DNA of 62,869 bases, the filler included, from an uncultured Ignavibacteriales bacterium (lineage in GTDB: Bacteria > Zixibacteria > MSB-5A5 > GN15 > JAAZOE01): assembly GCA_964611355.1 (NCBI GenBank). It is 6 parts of 6 records of this genome, joined end to end, with 100 filler letters (N's around TTAATTAATTAA, not from the genome) between each part and the next. Parts side by side here need not be neighbours in the genome. Positions count along the whole stretch, not along the records: positions 11,959 to 23,720 come from CAZSYD010000067.1; positions 23,821 to 33,914 come from CAZSYD010000070.1; 4 more parts are not named here. One strand, 5' to 3'. Every line of letters starts with the position of its first letter. The first letter of the stretch is position 1. Under the pieces are notes generated by a model. The model was given only the letters and a program-made list of their open reading frames with translations, was not told the DNA's origin and did not search any database. The position numbers and the translations under genes are program-made. This document shows, piece after piece, positions 20,666 through 30,882 of the stretch.

Positions 20666-21025
20666 TCTGGCTGACCTGCGCGCCTTGTGTTATTGTTTAT
20701 TCGTTATCGTCGTATCAATCAATCAAAATCATATCAAAAGTCAAGTTCCTCAAACAGGTCGGCTATGATCCGGAGCAGTATTATCTTCGTTCTCTTACCT
20801 CGGTTTGAGGCTGGTCGCGACCGATGGCGCCGCCGGGTTGATCGAGACAACTGTGAAAGGATTATCTTTATCCGGATAGAACTGCCGGACAAAAAACCGG
20901 AGCTAAACAAATGAACCAATTTTACACAATTATTCTTGCACTACCCATGAAAACAAATAGTTGACATATTGGCAATTAACTCTATCTTCTTTAACATACT
21001 CCGCATACGCGTCAATGGAGAAACA

Positions 21026-22012
21026 ATGAAGCGAGACCTGTGTACCCCGATAATAGTCATGGCAGTAATTTCTCTAAATCTGTTTTCCCTGACCGGCACG
21101 CTCAATGCCGAAGCCATCTTTGCCAATCATCTTGCCGTCGGCGAATTCGACCTTATCCCGGATTCGGTCGTCGATAATATCGGCAATGACTATCACATTT
21201 ACTACGTGCACACCTCGCACGGCAGCCAGATAATGACCGGGCTGACCATGCTGCAGGCCGAAGACGCCAAGTACGATCCGCCGTATTTTTACCAACAGGG
21301 CGACGATCTCGGACACAACGGAGATACGTCATGGGTACCGAATACGCGCACATATCTTAACACTCATCCCGAATGCAACGTGGCGATGTTTTCCTGGTGC
21401 GGCGGCGTTTCGGACAATACCGAAGAAGGTATCGATATCTACCTGAACAAAATGCGGGAGTTGGAGGCGGATTACCCCGACGTTACTTTTATATATATGA
21501 CCGGGCATTTGGACGGCACCGGGCCTGACGGCAATCTTTACCGGCGCAACAACCAGATTCGCGATACCTGCCTTGGCCGTGGCAAAATACTTTTTGATTT
21601 TGCGGACATTGAAAGTTACGATCCCGACGGCGTCTGGTATCCGGATGAAAGCGACTACTGCCACTGGTGCTACGAATGGTGCGCTTCGCACTCCTGTCTC
21701 ACCTGCGGCTCATGTGCTCATTCGCACTGTTTCAACTGCTATTTGAAGGGAAAAGCCTTCTGGTGGATGATGGCCAAACTTTCCGGCTGGCAGTCAACGG
21801 TCGATACCTGCGGCAACGCCAACGGCGACGGACAGATAAACATCGGAGACGTTGTTTATCTTGTGGAATACGCTTTCCGCGACGGTCCCGCGCCGGATCC
21901 CTACGAAGCGGGCGACGCCAACTGCGATATCAACGTAAATATCGGCGACGCGGTCTATCTGATTAATTTCATATTCAAGGACGGACCCGAACCATGCGCC
22001 TGTTGTAAATAA
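21026..22012 (+). CDS. Secreted SGNH-like protein with a Cys-rich segment and C-terminal dockerin
   Basis: Signal peptide; YVHTSHGSQ, FSWCG, YMTGH, FDFADIES, CAHS; duplicated GN/DANxDxxxNIGDxVYL dockerin repeats. Confidence 0.8.
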   Translation: MKRDLCTPIIVMAVISLNLFSLTGTLNAEAIFANHLAVGEFDLIPDSVVDNIGNDYHIYYVHTSHGSQIMTGLTMLQAEDAKYDPPYFYQQGDDLGHNGDTSWVPNTRTYLNTHPECNVAMFSWCGGVSDNTEEGIDIYLNKMRELEADYPDVTFIYMTGHLDGTGPDGNLYRRNNQIRDTCLGRGKILFDFADIESYDPDGVWYPDESDYCHWCYEWCASHSCLTCGSCAHSHCFNCYLKGKAFWWMMAKLSGWQSTVDTCGNANGDGQINIGDVVYLVEYAFRDGPAPDPYEAGDANCDINVNIGDAVYLINFIFKDGPEPCACCK

Positions 22013-22030
22013 GAGAGAAAAGCCAACTAC

Positions 22031-22063
22031 AAAAAAAGAGCCGCTGCCGGAGGCTCTTTTTTT
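22031..22063. terminator. Bidirectional intrinsic terminator
   Basis: aaaaaaagagcc-N9-ggctcttttttt between convergent genes. Confidence 0.8.
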
Positions 22064-22085
22064 GACCTGCATCGTGAGATGAATT

Positions 22086-23453
22086 TTATTTCCTGGCGTC
22101 GATATCGTATTTTTTGATCTTATCGAATAATGTAGTATAGTCGATTTTCAGGACCTGTGCGCAGCGGCGTTTGTTGCCGCGGACCTGGTTGAGCACCCTG
22201 ATAATGGCCGCCCGTTCGGCCTGACCCTGGGCGTGCGCGCCGATCTCTTTCAGCCCGGCCCCTTCCCGCAGACGGATTTCCTGGTTGCTTGAAATCCTGA
22301 TGGCCAGATGTTCCGGTTTGATCTTCTTGCCTTCACAGAGGATAATCGCGCGTTCGATCGTATTCTCCAGTTCGCGGACGTTACCCGGCCAGTGGTACTT
22401 GTCCATCATCGCCAGGGCTTCGCGCGAGAGGGACTTCGGCTTCTTGTTCATCTCCCGGCAGTATCGGGCAATGAAATAGTCGGCCAGCGCCGGAACGTCA
22501 TCCTGCCGTTCCCGAAGAGGCGGAACCGTGATGGGAAAAACCGACAATCGATAATAAAGGTCTTCGCGGAATTTTTTCTGGGTAACCATTTCTTTCAAGT
22601 CGGCGTTGGAAGCGGCAATAACTCTGGTATCGATCTTGGTGGAGCGGGTTCCTCCCAGTCTTTCGATCATTTTTTCCTGCAGAACCCGGAGGAGTTTCGC
22701 CTGCAGTGCATAATCCATATCGCTGATCTCGTCAAGGAAAATCGTGCCGGCATCGGCTATCTCGAATTTACCGATCTTGCGCGCGACCGAACCGGTAAAA
22801 GCGCCCCGCTCCGACCCGAACAGTTCGTTCTCCAGCAGGTCTCGCGGAATAGCCGCGCAGTTGATACCGATAAACGGTTTGTTTTTCCTTGAGGACAACT
22901 TGTGAATCGCCCTGGCATACAACTCCTTTCCGGTACCCGACTCACCCTGCAGCAGAACCGAAGTATCCGATGCGGCCACTTTTTGGACCAGCTTGAGAGA
23001 TTCGATAGTCTTTTCATTCCGGCCGATGATCTCGCCCATACCCAGCCGCTCGCCAAGCTCCTCGCGCAGGACTTCATTTTCGGCGACAATCCTCTGGCTC
23101 CGGAGCGCCTTATCGACCAGAACCAGCATATGGTCGGTATCAAACGGTTTGGTGATAAAATCGATGGCGCCGTTTTTCATGGCCGACACGGCGATTTCAA
23201 TCGTCCCGTAGGCGGTCATGACAATCACCGGCAGGTCGTTGTTTATATCCTGCAGGCCGGAGAGAACCTCAAGGCCGTCCATATCCGGCATTTTAAGGTC
23301 GGTGATAACCAAGTCGAACGCCTTTTCGCGCGCTTTTGCGATCCCCTCAGGCCCGCCGGCCGCCGTATCGACGTTATGACCCTCCTCGACCAGGGTCTGC
23401 GACATCATCTTGCGCATCGAGTCTTTATCGTCAATAACCAGAATAGATGACAT
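22086..23453 (-). CDS. Sigma54-dependent response regulator (NtrC/AtoC family)
   Basis: Receiver domain (IDD, DLKMP, KPF), GESGTGKE, GAFTGS, FLDEI, WPGNVRELEN, Fis HTH. Confidence 0.95.
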   Translation of the reverse strand: MSSILVIDDKDSMRKMMSQTLVEEGHNVDTAAGGPEGIAKAREKAFDLVITDLKMPDMDGLEVLSGLQDINNDLPVIVMTAYGTIEIAVSAMKNGAIDFITKPFDTDHMLVLVDKALRSQRIVAENEVLREELGERLGMGEIIGRNEKTIESLKLVQKVAASDTSVLLQGESGTGKELYARAIHKLSSRKNKPFIGINCAAIPRDLLENELFGSERGAFTGSVARKIGKFEIADAGTIFLDEISDMDYALQAKLLRVLQEKMIERLGGTRSTKIDTRVIAASNADLKEMVTQKKFREDLYYRLSVFPITVPPLRERQDDVPALADYFIARYCREMNKKPKSLSREALAMMDKYHWPGNVRELENTIERAIILCEGKKIKPEHLAIRISSNQEIRLREGAGLKEIGAHAQGQAERAAIIRVLNQVRGNKRRCAQVLKIDYTTLFDKIKKYDIDARK

Positions 23454-23503
23454 TTTATCTCCTGCCGGTTGAGAGATTGTTACCTGCTCGTCCTCTGTTC
23501 TGA

Positions 23504-23530
23504 TTATCGGCTTTTTCCCATACCGCTCAA
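23504..23530 (-). promoter_or_regulatory. Possible sigma28 promoter
   Basis: TTGA-N15-GCCGATAA; perfect -10, weak -35. Confidence 0.35.
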
Positions 23531-23684
23531 TCACAAAGCCTGTTCTATTTTAGCACAATTTGATAACCGACAATAAGTTAAGAGGAAAGGCCGGTAGAAA
23601 TTACAGATGCTTCATGATCCAAGCTACAGCCTTGGCCGTTCAAATAAATTCCGTGTATTACACTGTCTGATAATCATTACGGAC

Positions 23685-23719
23685 GAAATGGGTTTGTTTT
23701 GTCATATTTTACTTTTCGT
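23685..23719 (-). repeat. Dispersed AAACAAACCCATTTC repeat, copy 1 (cut by contig end)
   Basis: 33/35 identical to 34264-34298. Confidence 0.8.
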
Positions 23720-23720
23720 T

Positions 23721-23820
23721 NNNNNNNNNNNNNNNNNNNNNNNNNNNNNNNNNNNNNNNNNNNNTTAATTAATTAANNNNNNNNNNNNNNNNNNNNNNNN
23801 NNNNNNNNNNNNNNNNNNNN
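23721..23820. other. Artificial contig linker
   Basis: N-run/TTAATTAATTAA/N-run. Confidence 0.98.
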
Positions 23821-24075
23821 CCCAACCCGTTCAACCCGATAACCCGGATCAGCTTCGCGCTGCCGGAAGCCTCCCATGTATCGTTGGATATTTACAATAT
23901 CCTCGGCCAGCACGTAGAAAACCTTGCCGACGGTCAGTTTGATGCGGGCGAGCATACCGTTATGTGGGATGCCACCGATGGCTACGGGCAGAAGGTCGCT
24001 TCGGGTATTTACTTCTTCCGGATTGCATTCAACCATAGAGAACTAATCACAAGGAAGATGATTCTGCTTAAGTAG
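23821..24075 (+). CDS. C-terminal FlgD/T9SS type-A-like sorting domain of a secreted protein (5' truncated)
   Basis: PNPFNPITRISF...IYNILGQ...WDATD...ASGIYFFR...KMILLK. Confidence 0.9.
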   Translation, partial: PNPFNPITRISFALPEASHVSLDIYNILGQHVENLADGQFDAGEHTVMWDATDGYGQKVASGIYFFRIAFNHRELITRKMILLK

Positions 24076-24095
24076 GCATCGAAATCATCGTAATG

Positions 24096-24133
24096 AAAAA
24101 CGGGACAGGTGAAAATACCGGTCCCGTTTTTTT
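24096..24133. terminator. Bidirectional intrinsic terminator
   Basis: aaaaacgggacaggt...accggtcccgttttttt between convergent genes. Confidence 0.75.
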
Positions 24134-24185
24134 ATATGATTTAGCCTATGCGGTTTCCAATTCATCTGTCAGCGTGTGCGGTACA

Positions 24186-25820
24186 TCATTCAAGTAACTT
24201 TTCTTCTTCCTCTTCTTCCAGTTCCAGCGGGGTCCATTCGCCGAAGTATTCAATATCGACCTTGCAGCGGCCGATGGATGTCGCTTTTGCATTGGCATTG
24301 TAACCCCATTCCAGGTACTCCGAACCGCCGCCGCCTGCTGTCGTTATCAGGAACCGATTTCTAAGGAAACCGAAAGAGCGGGCCTTGTCGGCACCCCACT
24401 TGGCGTCGCCGCCGGAAGGATCTACCGGCAGCCAGCCATAGCCGGGAAGATAGATTTCCACCCAGCGATGGAAGGTCTCATCCCAGGAGGCGTCGTCACC
24501 GCGGACAACTATCGAGCCGACATAACGGGCCGGAAGCCCCGCCGCCCGGCAGACGGCGATATAGACAAAGCTGTACTCTGAACATGAGCCGGTGCCGCGT
24601 TCGAGAACCGCCGGAGCGATGTTCCAGCCGCCGGCCAGTTCGTATTCGATATGATCGATAACGTAGTTGAATATCTTCCTGCCGATCCGGTACGGATTGG
24701 TTTCGTCGCCGACAGCCGCTTTGACCGCTTTTTGAATAATGTCATTGTCCAGATCGAATTTGGCGTCATCGACCAGATACTTATCTCTGATATCTTTGGG
24801 GATGTCATCCAGCGTACCGACCTTTTCCGGGAATACGAAATAACGGTTCTGATACAGTTTGGCTTCGGCCGTCATGGTAATCTCGGCAAATTCAGCCGCC
24901 GCCATATCCTTAAACTGGAAAAGGGCTATTTTCTGGTCCCATTTGTCGGTTATTATCTTGTCCGGTTTCGGCTCGAAAACGACTTCGCCTATCAACTCCT
25001 GGTTGTTCATGTCGTGCGGTATTGCCAGATATACATCAAGCGTTTTGACCGAATCCGGGCCGTAATTTCTGGCCTGAAGGATAAACTCAACCCGCTCGGC
25101 CTTTTCCTCGGTGCGGTCGAACAAAGTCCCGTTATCAACTACTAATTTGTAAATACGATCGGCCTGGTAGTCAACGTTCCAGAGGTTTTGGCCGTCCCAG
25201 GCCAGCCCCCACGCGTGCGGTCCGGGCGCGTCGAAGGAGATGACGACATCGCCGTTATCGGGCGAAACCATATATATTTCGTCCCTGTAGCGATCGGCTA
25301 CCCAGAGGTAGGTGCCGTCAAATGTCAGGCCGCCGGGAGTGGAGGTCGGCGCCGGAATGGAAACGATAGTGGTGCCGTCCTCGGGGCTGAGTTGACAAAT
25401 CTCGTTTTCCCGATCATCGGCCAGCCAGAGGTATTTGCCGTCCCACGCCAGATCGCCCGGTCTTGAGGACGGGCAATAAATCGTCTTTTCCACGATTTTA
25501 TTTTTCGGATTGATGGCGTATATAAGCTCTTCCGCAGCGTCCACGCACCACAGGAGCTTACCGTCCCAGGTCAGCCCGCGCACGACGTAACCGGGCGTCG
25601 GAATAGAATCCGCCACCTCGCCGCTTTTGGGATCAATCTTATACAGCATGTCGCTTTTCCGGTCGGCATTCCACAGGTATTTGCCGTCAAAGGTCAAACC
25701 CTGAGGGCAGTCAAATGGAGAAGCGATTGACCTTATAGTATCTCCCGGCGCGGCTGATGCCGCTGGTGATATAAGGAATACGATAAAAATCAGCAACCCC
25801 GAGAAAAACCATCTGAACAT
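24186..25820 (-). CDS. Secreted beta-propeller plus transglutaminase-like domain protein
   Basis: Signal peptide after GGAGG; repeated GLT(W/F)DGxxLWxxD blades; catalytic triad GSCSEY, FHRW, VDPS. Confidence 0.88.
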   Translation of the reverse strand: MFRWFFSGLLIFIVFLISPAASAAPGDTIRSIASPFDCPQGLTFDGKYLWNADRKSDMLYKIDPKSGEVADSIPTPGYVVRGLTWDGKLLWCVDAAEELIYAINPKNKIVEKTIYCPSSRPGDLAWDGKYLWLADDRENEICQLSPEDGTTIVSIPAPTSTPGGLTFDGTYLWVADRYRDEIYMVSPDNGDVVISFDAPGPHAWGLAWDGQNLWNVDYQADRIYKLVVDNGTLFDRTEEKAERVEFILQARNYGPDSVKTLDVYLAIPHDMNNQELIGEVVFEPKPDKIITDKWDQKIALFQFKDMAAAEFAEITMTAEAKLYQNRYFVFPEKVGTLDDIPKDIRDKYLVDDAKFDLDNDIIQKAVKAAVGDETNPYRIGRKIFNYVIDHIEYELAGGWNIAPAVLERGTGSCSEYSFVYIAVCRAAGLPARYVGSIVVRGDDASWDETFHRWVEIYLPGYGWLPVDPSGGDAKWGADKARSFGFLRNRFLITTAGGGGSEYLEWGYNANAKATSIGRCKVDIEYFGEWTPLELEEEEEEKLLE

Positions 25821-26064
25821 AATAACCTCCCTTGATTGTCGCCTTCCAGCCCGATCGGCGATGCAGTTTGTATCAAAAAGCAACACCTCAAACGTACCTG
25901 TCAAGACAAAAGCCTCGTCTCTCCTGCCGATTTCCCTAACCCGCAGGGTGCCGCCCTATGACGAATACCGACATTTGCGATAGGCGCTTATATCATGGCT
26001 TATATAAAAGACCCTGCATTGCGTTGCTGTTCAAGTCTCTTTGCCTGCGAATAAATGCCATAAT

Positions 26065-27258
26065 TCATCCTGAGACTATTTTTTCAAAACTGACCGGATC
26101 GGTGGCTCCCTCAGTATTTATTATAAGTATTTGCGTTTGGGAATCGATTCCAATTCTATCGCGGGCCCCGGCCGGTTTATCGTTTAGCAGGAGAGCCAGA
26201 AGGCCGCCCAGGCCCGCCGCTCCCGATTCGCCCGATATTATTCGCGGGTCATCTCCATTCGGATAATAAAGCCGCCTTACGGCATCGACGGCATAACTGT
26301 CCGATATGGTCATAAACATATCGAGGCCGTCTTTGAGTATCGGCCAGGCTCGAAGCGACGGCGTACCGCAGTTCAGTCCGGCCATAATAGTTTCAAAACT
26401 TCCCCCGGCGCGGGCGACGTTGCCTCCTTTCGATCGGATCGATTCGTAAAGGCAGGCGGCTTCGGTCGGTTCCACGGAAACCAGATAAGGCCGATCTGTA
26501 CCGTACTTGGAGATATAGTACCATGCGGCGGCGGCGGCAAAACTACCCACGCCGCATTGCAGAAATACGATATCAACGCCCGAATCGGACTTATGATGCA
26601 GAATATCTTCCATTTCCGCAAACATAGTGGCGTAACCGGCCATGACATAACCGGGGATTTCCATATAGCCGTTATATGCGGTATCGGATATTATCTGCCA
26701 GCCGTTGTGGTCGGCTTCGTCGGCCGCCCGTCGAACGGCATCGTCATAGGTCCCATCCACCACGACGACCTTCGCCTCTTCCGATTCGATATTTTCAATC
26801 CGCGCTTTGGCCGTGCCCCGAGGGACAAAAATCACCGCCCGCTGCGACATCCGGCGGGCAGTCCAAGCGACCGCCCGACCGTGATTGCCGTCGGTGGCGG
26901 TGCAGAAGGTGAAAGCCCCCGCCAGACGCCGGTACGGTCGATCGCTTTGAAGATCATTTATATCAAACGGCTTGCCGCGACTGCCGCCCCACTGCTGTTT
27001 CAGAAACCGATAAATGGCATATGACGCCCCCAGGACTTTGAAAGCGTTCAGACCGAACCGATGCGATTCATCCTTGACATAGATCTCCCCGACACCCAGG
27101 CTTTCAGCCAGAGCGGGGAGGGCAATTAAAGGCGTTGGTGAGTACCCCGGCAATGATTTGTGAAATTCGATTACGTCACCGGCATGAAAACAACCAACGA
27201 TTTCGCTTCCCCATTGAGGCCGTTCAAGCCGGTATTTATTAAAAACATACTGGCACAT
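26065..27258 (-). CDS. dpaL: Diaminopropionate ammonia-lyase (PLP-dependent)
   Basis: YSPTPL, KDESHRFGLNAFKVLG, ATDGNHG, QCGVGS, TIMAGLNCG, GESGAAG, NTEGATDP. Confidence 0.9.
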   Translation of the reverse strand: MCQYVFNKYRLERPQWGSEIVGCFHAGDVIEFHKSLPGYSPTPLIALPALAESLGVGEIYVKDESHRFGLNAFKVLGASYAIYRFLKQQWGGSRGKPFDINDLQSDRPYRRLAGAFTFCTATDGNHGRAVAWTARRMSQRAVIFVPRGTAKARIENIESEEAKVVVVDGTYDDAVRRAADEADHNGWQIISDTAYNGYMEIPGYVMAGYATMFAEMEDILHHKSDSGVDIVFLQCGVGSFAAAAAWYYISKYGTDRPYLVSVEPTEAACLYESIRSKGGNVARAGGSFETIMAGLNCGTPSLRAWPILKDGLDMFMTISDSYAVDAVRRLYYPNGDDPRIISGESGAAGLGGLLALLLNDKPAGARDRIGIDSQTQILIINTEGATDPVSFEKIVSG

Positions 27259-27379
27259 TCTTATTATTTCGTTCTGTTTCCTGTGTTCAGGCGGTAATAT
27301 AAAAGAAAACCGGAATGTAACAAAATCGAATTGTTGTTAATGCGAATAAAAGCCCCGCCGCGCCGGGTGCGATAATTCG

Positions 27380-27408
27380 TTGACGCGATGTATAAAACGG
27401 CCGATAAT
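27380..27408 (+). promoter_or_regulatory. Sigma70-type promoter
   Basis: TTGACG-N17-GATAAT upstream of 27475. Confidence 0.5.
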
Positions 27409-27474
27409 TTATTATATCGAATTCAGACCGGATCGAAGATTGAACCGGACACTAAAAGGATTTAACGCAGGGAG

Positions 27475-28128
27475 TTGACCATCAAAACCGGGATACCATA
27501 CAGCCTGATCACGACAGTCTTTCTTGTGCTGGCGCTTTTTGTCCTGCCGCAGTTATGGGGCTGGCCGGGCTGGCCGGTTGTTATCGTCGCCCTGATGATT
27601 ATCGGCGGGACTTTCCTGATTCGCTGGCACGCCCGCCACACCGGATACCTATGCCACGCCTGCGCCCATAAGTTTGCCGTTTCGGCTTGGGTCGATTTCC
27701 TCAGTCCGCACAAGGCCGGCGAAAAAATGCTGTGCTGTCCCCGCTGTGGCGAAAGTTCGTGGTGCGTGGAAATTGACCGCGGCCTTGTTCCGGAACAGGA
27801 AAGCCCCCAAAAGGCGTTGCGGAAAGCCGCTACAAAAAGCCCCACCGGCAAGTATCTTCAGATTGTACTTGTCCTGGGGGTATATGCCGCAATGTGGCTG
27901 TATACTCTTAACGCCTGGGAAGGCCTGCCCGAAACGGCGCCAACCCTGGCGGTACTGAAAATCCCTCTGGCAGCCGGTGTAATTCCGGCTATGCACCTGA
28001 TATTTTGTCTTTTTGCCGCTGTTCGAGGTTACAAAAGCCGCATCTATCCGGCCGTTACCGGTTTTGTTATTATCTTTCTCCTGTTTGCCGCCTGGTCGCA
28101 GTACTATACCCTGTCGCATTTAGGTTAA
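27475..28128 (+). CDS. Membrane protein with a zinc-ribbon loop
   Basis: 2+3 TM segments flanking CHAC...CPRC. Confidence 0.7.
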   Translation: MTIKTGIPYSLITTVFLVLALFVLPQLWGWPGWPVVIVALMIIGGTFLIRWHARHTGYLCHACAHKFAVSAWVDFLSPHKAGEKMLCCPRCGESSWCVEIDRGLVPEQESPQKALRKAATKSPTGKYLQIVLVLGVYAAMWLYTLNAWEGLPETAPTLAVLKIPLAAGVIPAMHLIFCLFAAVRGYKSRIYPAVTGFVIIFLLFAAWSQYYTLSHLG

Positions 28129-28346
28129 TATCATGGCTGTTTTTTCTCACAGCATTTAAGAACCTGCCGGCCTCTATCCACGTTAAGCGATTTGCAACCG
28201 AATAAAAGCCTTTCCTGTCCGGTATATATGAAAGCGGTTCCAAATTGCAGCAGAGGTATTTGAGGCAAAATCGCAGAAGCGATCAAACACAAAAATGATT
28301 GAACCGGCTCTGAAAATCATGTATAATAAACATTGAGGGATTAATA

Positions 28347-29843
28347 ATGAAAATGAGGATGTCCCCTGACATATTTGTCGGAAGGGTTGCTGTGGTTTTT
28401 CTCACCATAGCGTTGCCGGTGTTCTTTCAGACAACATCCTATGCCGCGCGGGACGATTTCTTCCTCCGGCAACGAATCGATGTGGCCGGGACAATTCTCG
28501 GCTTCCGGGCCGCCGACTTTAACGGTGACGGCAAAACCGATATCGCTCTGCTGGTGGCCGAACCGTCGGATCGGCGCGTACTTCAGGTTTATCTCCAGCG
28601 TGAATCGGACAGGTTTCCGCCCTCCCCCGGGCAAAGCCTGACCCTGTCGTCCTCGGTTAACATGATTCAATCCCTCGATATTGACGGCGACGGCCGGGCG
28701 GAACTTTTCACTATTGACCACGACGGCCTCAGGCAATACAACCACGACGGTAAAAGTTTTATCGACAAGCCAAAGGCCCAGGTTCCGGGGTCGACGGTGT
28801 TCACCGGAGCCATCGAAGGCGGCATCCTCCCTGATGAATTTATACATAACATATCCGATCGTTGGATTGTTTTCCTACCAATCGACGAAGGTTTCCTTCT
28901 CTGGGAATACCGGCAGGGGGAATTTCAGCAACTGGGAAAAATCAATTTCCCTCACGTCATTTATAAAAACGACCGGCCGGTAAAATATCTCGGCAATCCG
29001 ATGTGCGTCTTTGCCATGACGCTTCCGAAAATCGTCATCGACGAACGGGAAGGAAAATCGGATATATACCTGATCTGGCCTGACCGGCTGGCAATATTCC
29101 CGGCTGCTGAAAACGGCCGATTCGATAACGGCGAATCTGTGCATTTCCGCTTTCAGGAAGCTGCCGCCGGCAACTTTTGTCAGTCCAGGTTGGTTGACTT
29201 CGACCTTGACGGTCGTCTCGACCTGGTGTGCAGCCAGTCAACCGGCGGTATATCCGGAGCGCACACCGATATAAAATTATTCGGTTCCGACCGGTTCCGA
29301 CACGCCAATATCACCGAAAGCCACAAAATAGCCCTGACCGATGTTTGCGGCAATTTAATGATTGACAACTTCGATCGTGTCGGCGGGCTGGAACTGGTCG
29401 TCCCTGCGATTGAACTGGGCACGATGTCGGCCGTCAAGATGATGATTACAAAAAATATTGATTGTCATCTGTTGATATATCCGATTGACAATCTTGGCCG
29501 ACCGGCCAGAGAGCCAAAGGTTCGCCGCAAGATGACCTGTCGCCTTGATTTCGAAAAGGCGGATCCGACCGAAGATATTCGCATCGACTGGTCGGGCGAT
29601 TATGATGGCGATGGCCTTCCCGATCTGGTCCTGGCTGATGGCGGCGGAAAACTGATGTTTTATCGGGGATCATCCGAAGAATATTTAGAGGACAAAGCTG
29701 AAATAGTGCTCGATATTTCCGGGCCGGATATCGTTCATCCGGTTCACCTTAATGCCGACGGACGATCCGACCTGATTATCATTCAGCAACCGGGCCGGCA
29801 AAGCGCCCGGCTGACGCTTCTGGTAACGAACAGGATCAGTTAA
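28347..29843 (+). CDS. Secreted FG-GAP/VCBS repeat protein
   Basis: DFNGDGKTDI, DIDGDGRAEL, DFDLDGRLDL, DYDGDGLPDL, LNADGRSDL. Confidence 0.88.
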   Translation: MKMRMSPDIFVGRVAVVFLTIALPVFFQTTSYAARDDFFLRQRIDVAGTILGFRAADFNGDGKTDIALLVAEPSDRRVLQVYLQRESDRFPPSPGQSLTLSSSVNMIQSLDIDGDGRAELFTIDHDGLRQYNHDGKSFIDKPKAQVPGSTVFTGAIEGGILPDEFIHNISDRWIVFLPIDEGFLLWEYRQGEFQQLGKINFPHVIYKNDRPVKYLGNPMCVFAMTLPKIVIDEREGKSDIYLIWPDRLAIFPAAENGRFDNGESVHFRFQEAAAGNFCQSRLVDFDLDGRLDLVCSQSTGGISGAHTDIKLFGSDRFRHANITESHKIALTDVCGNLMIDNFDRVGGLELVVPAIELGTMSAVKMMITKNIDCHLLIYPIDNLGRPAREPKVRRKMTCRLDFEKADPTEDIRIDWSGDYDGDGLPDLVLADGGGKLMFYRGSSEEYLEDKAEIVLDISGPDIVHPVHLNADGRSDLIIIQQPGRQSARLTLLVTNRIS

Positions 29844-29961
29844 CCGCCAAATCCGGAAGTAGGCTATAAGGAATTGACAGGAGGTTAAAGGCGCCGGGAA
29901 ATAAATCCTGACAATAATCGGTTTTTCTTTTATAGTGGAAAGGAAAGAGATAAAAAAATAA

Positions 29962-30882
29962 ATGTCCGGGTCAGTACTCAACATATTGATTAAACTGATC
30001 GCCGTACTTCTGGCGATTCTGCTCTGGTTCTATGTGATCTCCCAGAAGCAATACGAGTACGAACTGACTCTGCCGGTGACTGAAATCGATTTTCCCGCTG
30101 GATTGGGGCCGATCTCCCCACTGCCTGATTCGCTGGCAGTCAAAGTTATAGCCGAAGGGAAAAAACTCCTAAGCAGCAAATGGAAAAAGGCGGGCCTCCG
30201 CCTGAAGGCTTCCCGGCTTAAACGCGGCGTCAACCGTCTTGACCTTAACCTGGAAACGGTGTCGCTGGTTATATCCGAGGATATCACCCTGCTTGATTTG
30301 CCGGAAGCGGTATCGGTGTCGGTGCGTCTTGACCGTATCGATTCGGTCGTCAGGCCGGTTGCTTCACGACTGGTGGTATTACCTGCAGAAGGGTATATGG
30401 TCATTTCCGGTCGAGAAAAAATCGAGCCTGTCAAGACCACGGTGATCGGGCCGGCTATTTCGCTGAAACAGATCGATTCGATTTACACCGAACAAAAGAT
30501 TCTCGATGGTCTGGATAAATCGCGCCGAACAACTCTTCAACTGGAAATTCCCGAAAATATGGCCCTTACACTCGAACATGATTCAGTAACGGTAGAAGTG
30601 GAAATCGACAAGATCAAATCAAGACTGTTTGAAAACATATCGGTCACGACCGGAAGAATCCCTTCCGGCGACCGCGTAATCGTTGATCCCGACCGGGTTT
30701 CCCTTGAGCTCACCGGGCCGGAAACGATCATCGATACCATTTCGGCCGGACAAATCAGCGTATGGGTCAGGCCCTCGGGCTCGGTCAGCGATGGATATGT
30801 AGTCCCCCATATATCCCTACCGCCCAACGTTAACCTTAGGCGAATTATTCCCGATTCCATCCGTATTCTGGTATCCCCTTGA
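29962..30882 (+). CDS. YbbR/CdaR-like domain protein
   Basis: N-terminal KLIAVLLAILLWFYV anchor followed by repeated P..V...GP beta domains. Confidence 0.75.
   Translation: MSGSVLNILIKLIAVLLAILLWFYVISQKQYEYELTLPVTEIDFPAGLGPISPLPDSLAVKVIAEGKKLLSSKWKKAGLRLKASRLKRGVNRLDLNLETVSLVISEDITLLDLPEAVSVSVRLDRIDSVVRPVASRLVVLPAEGYMVISGREKIEPVKTTVIGPAISLKQIDSIYTEQKILDGLDKSRRTTLQLEIPENMALTLEHDSVTVEVEIDKIKSRLFENISVTTGRIPSGDRVIVDPDRVSLELTGPETIIDTISAGQISVWVRPSGSVSDGYVVPHISLPPNVNLRRIIPDSIRILVSP

Noticed and set aside
21657..21740. Cys/His-rich stretch as a c-type heme motif (also in the 60120 paralog)
   Set aside because: The pattern is CxxCxH and HCxxC, never CxxCH; more consistent with disulfides or another metal site.
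22086..23453. GAFTGS instead of GAFTGA in the sigma54 activator
   Set aside because: A single conservative change at the tolerant last position; the key F and T are intact.
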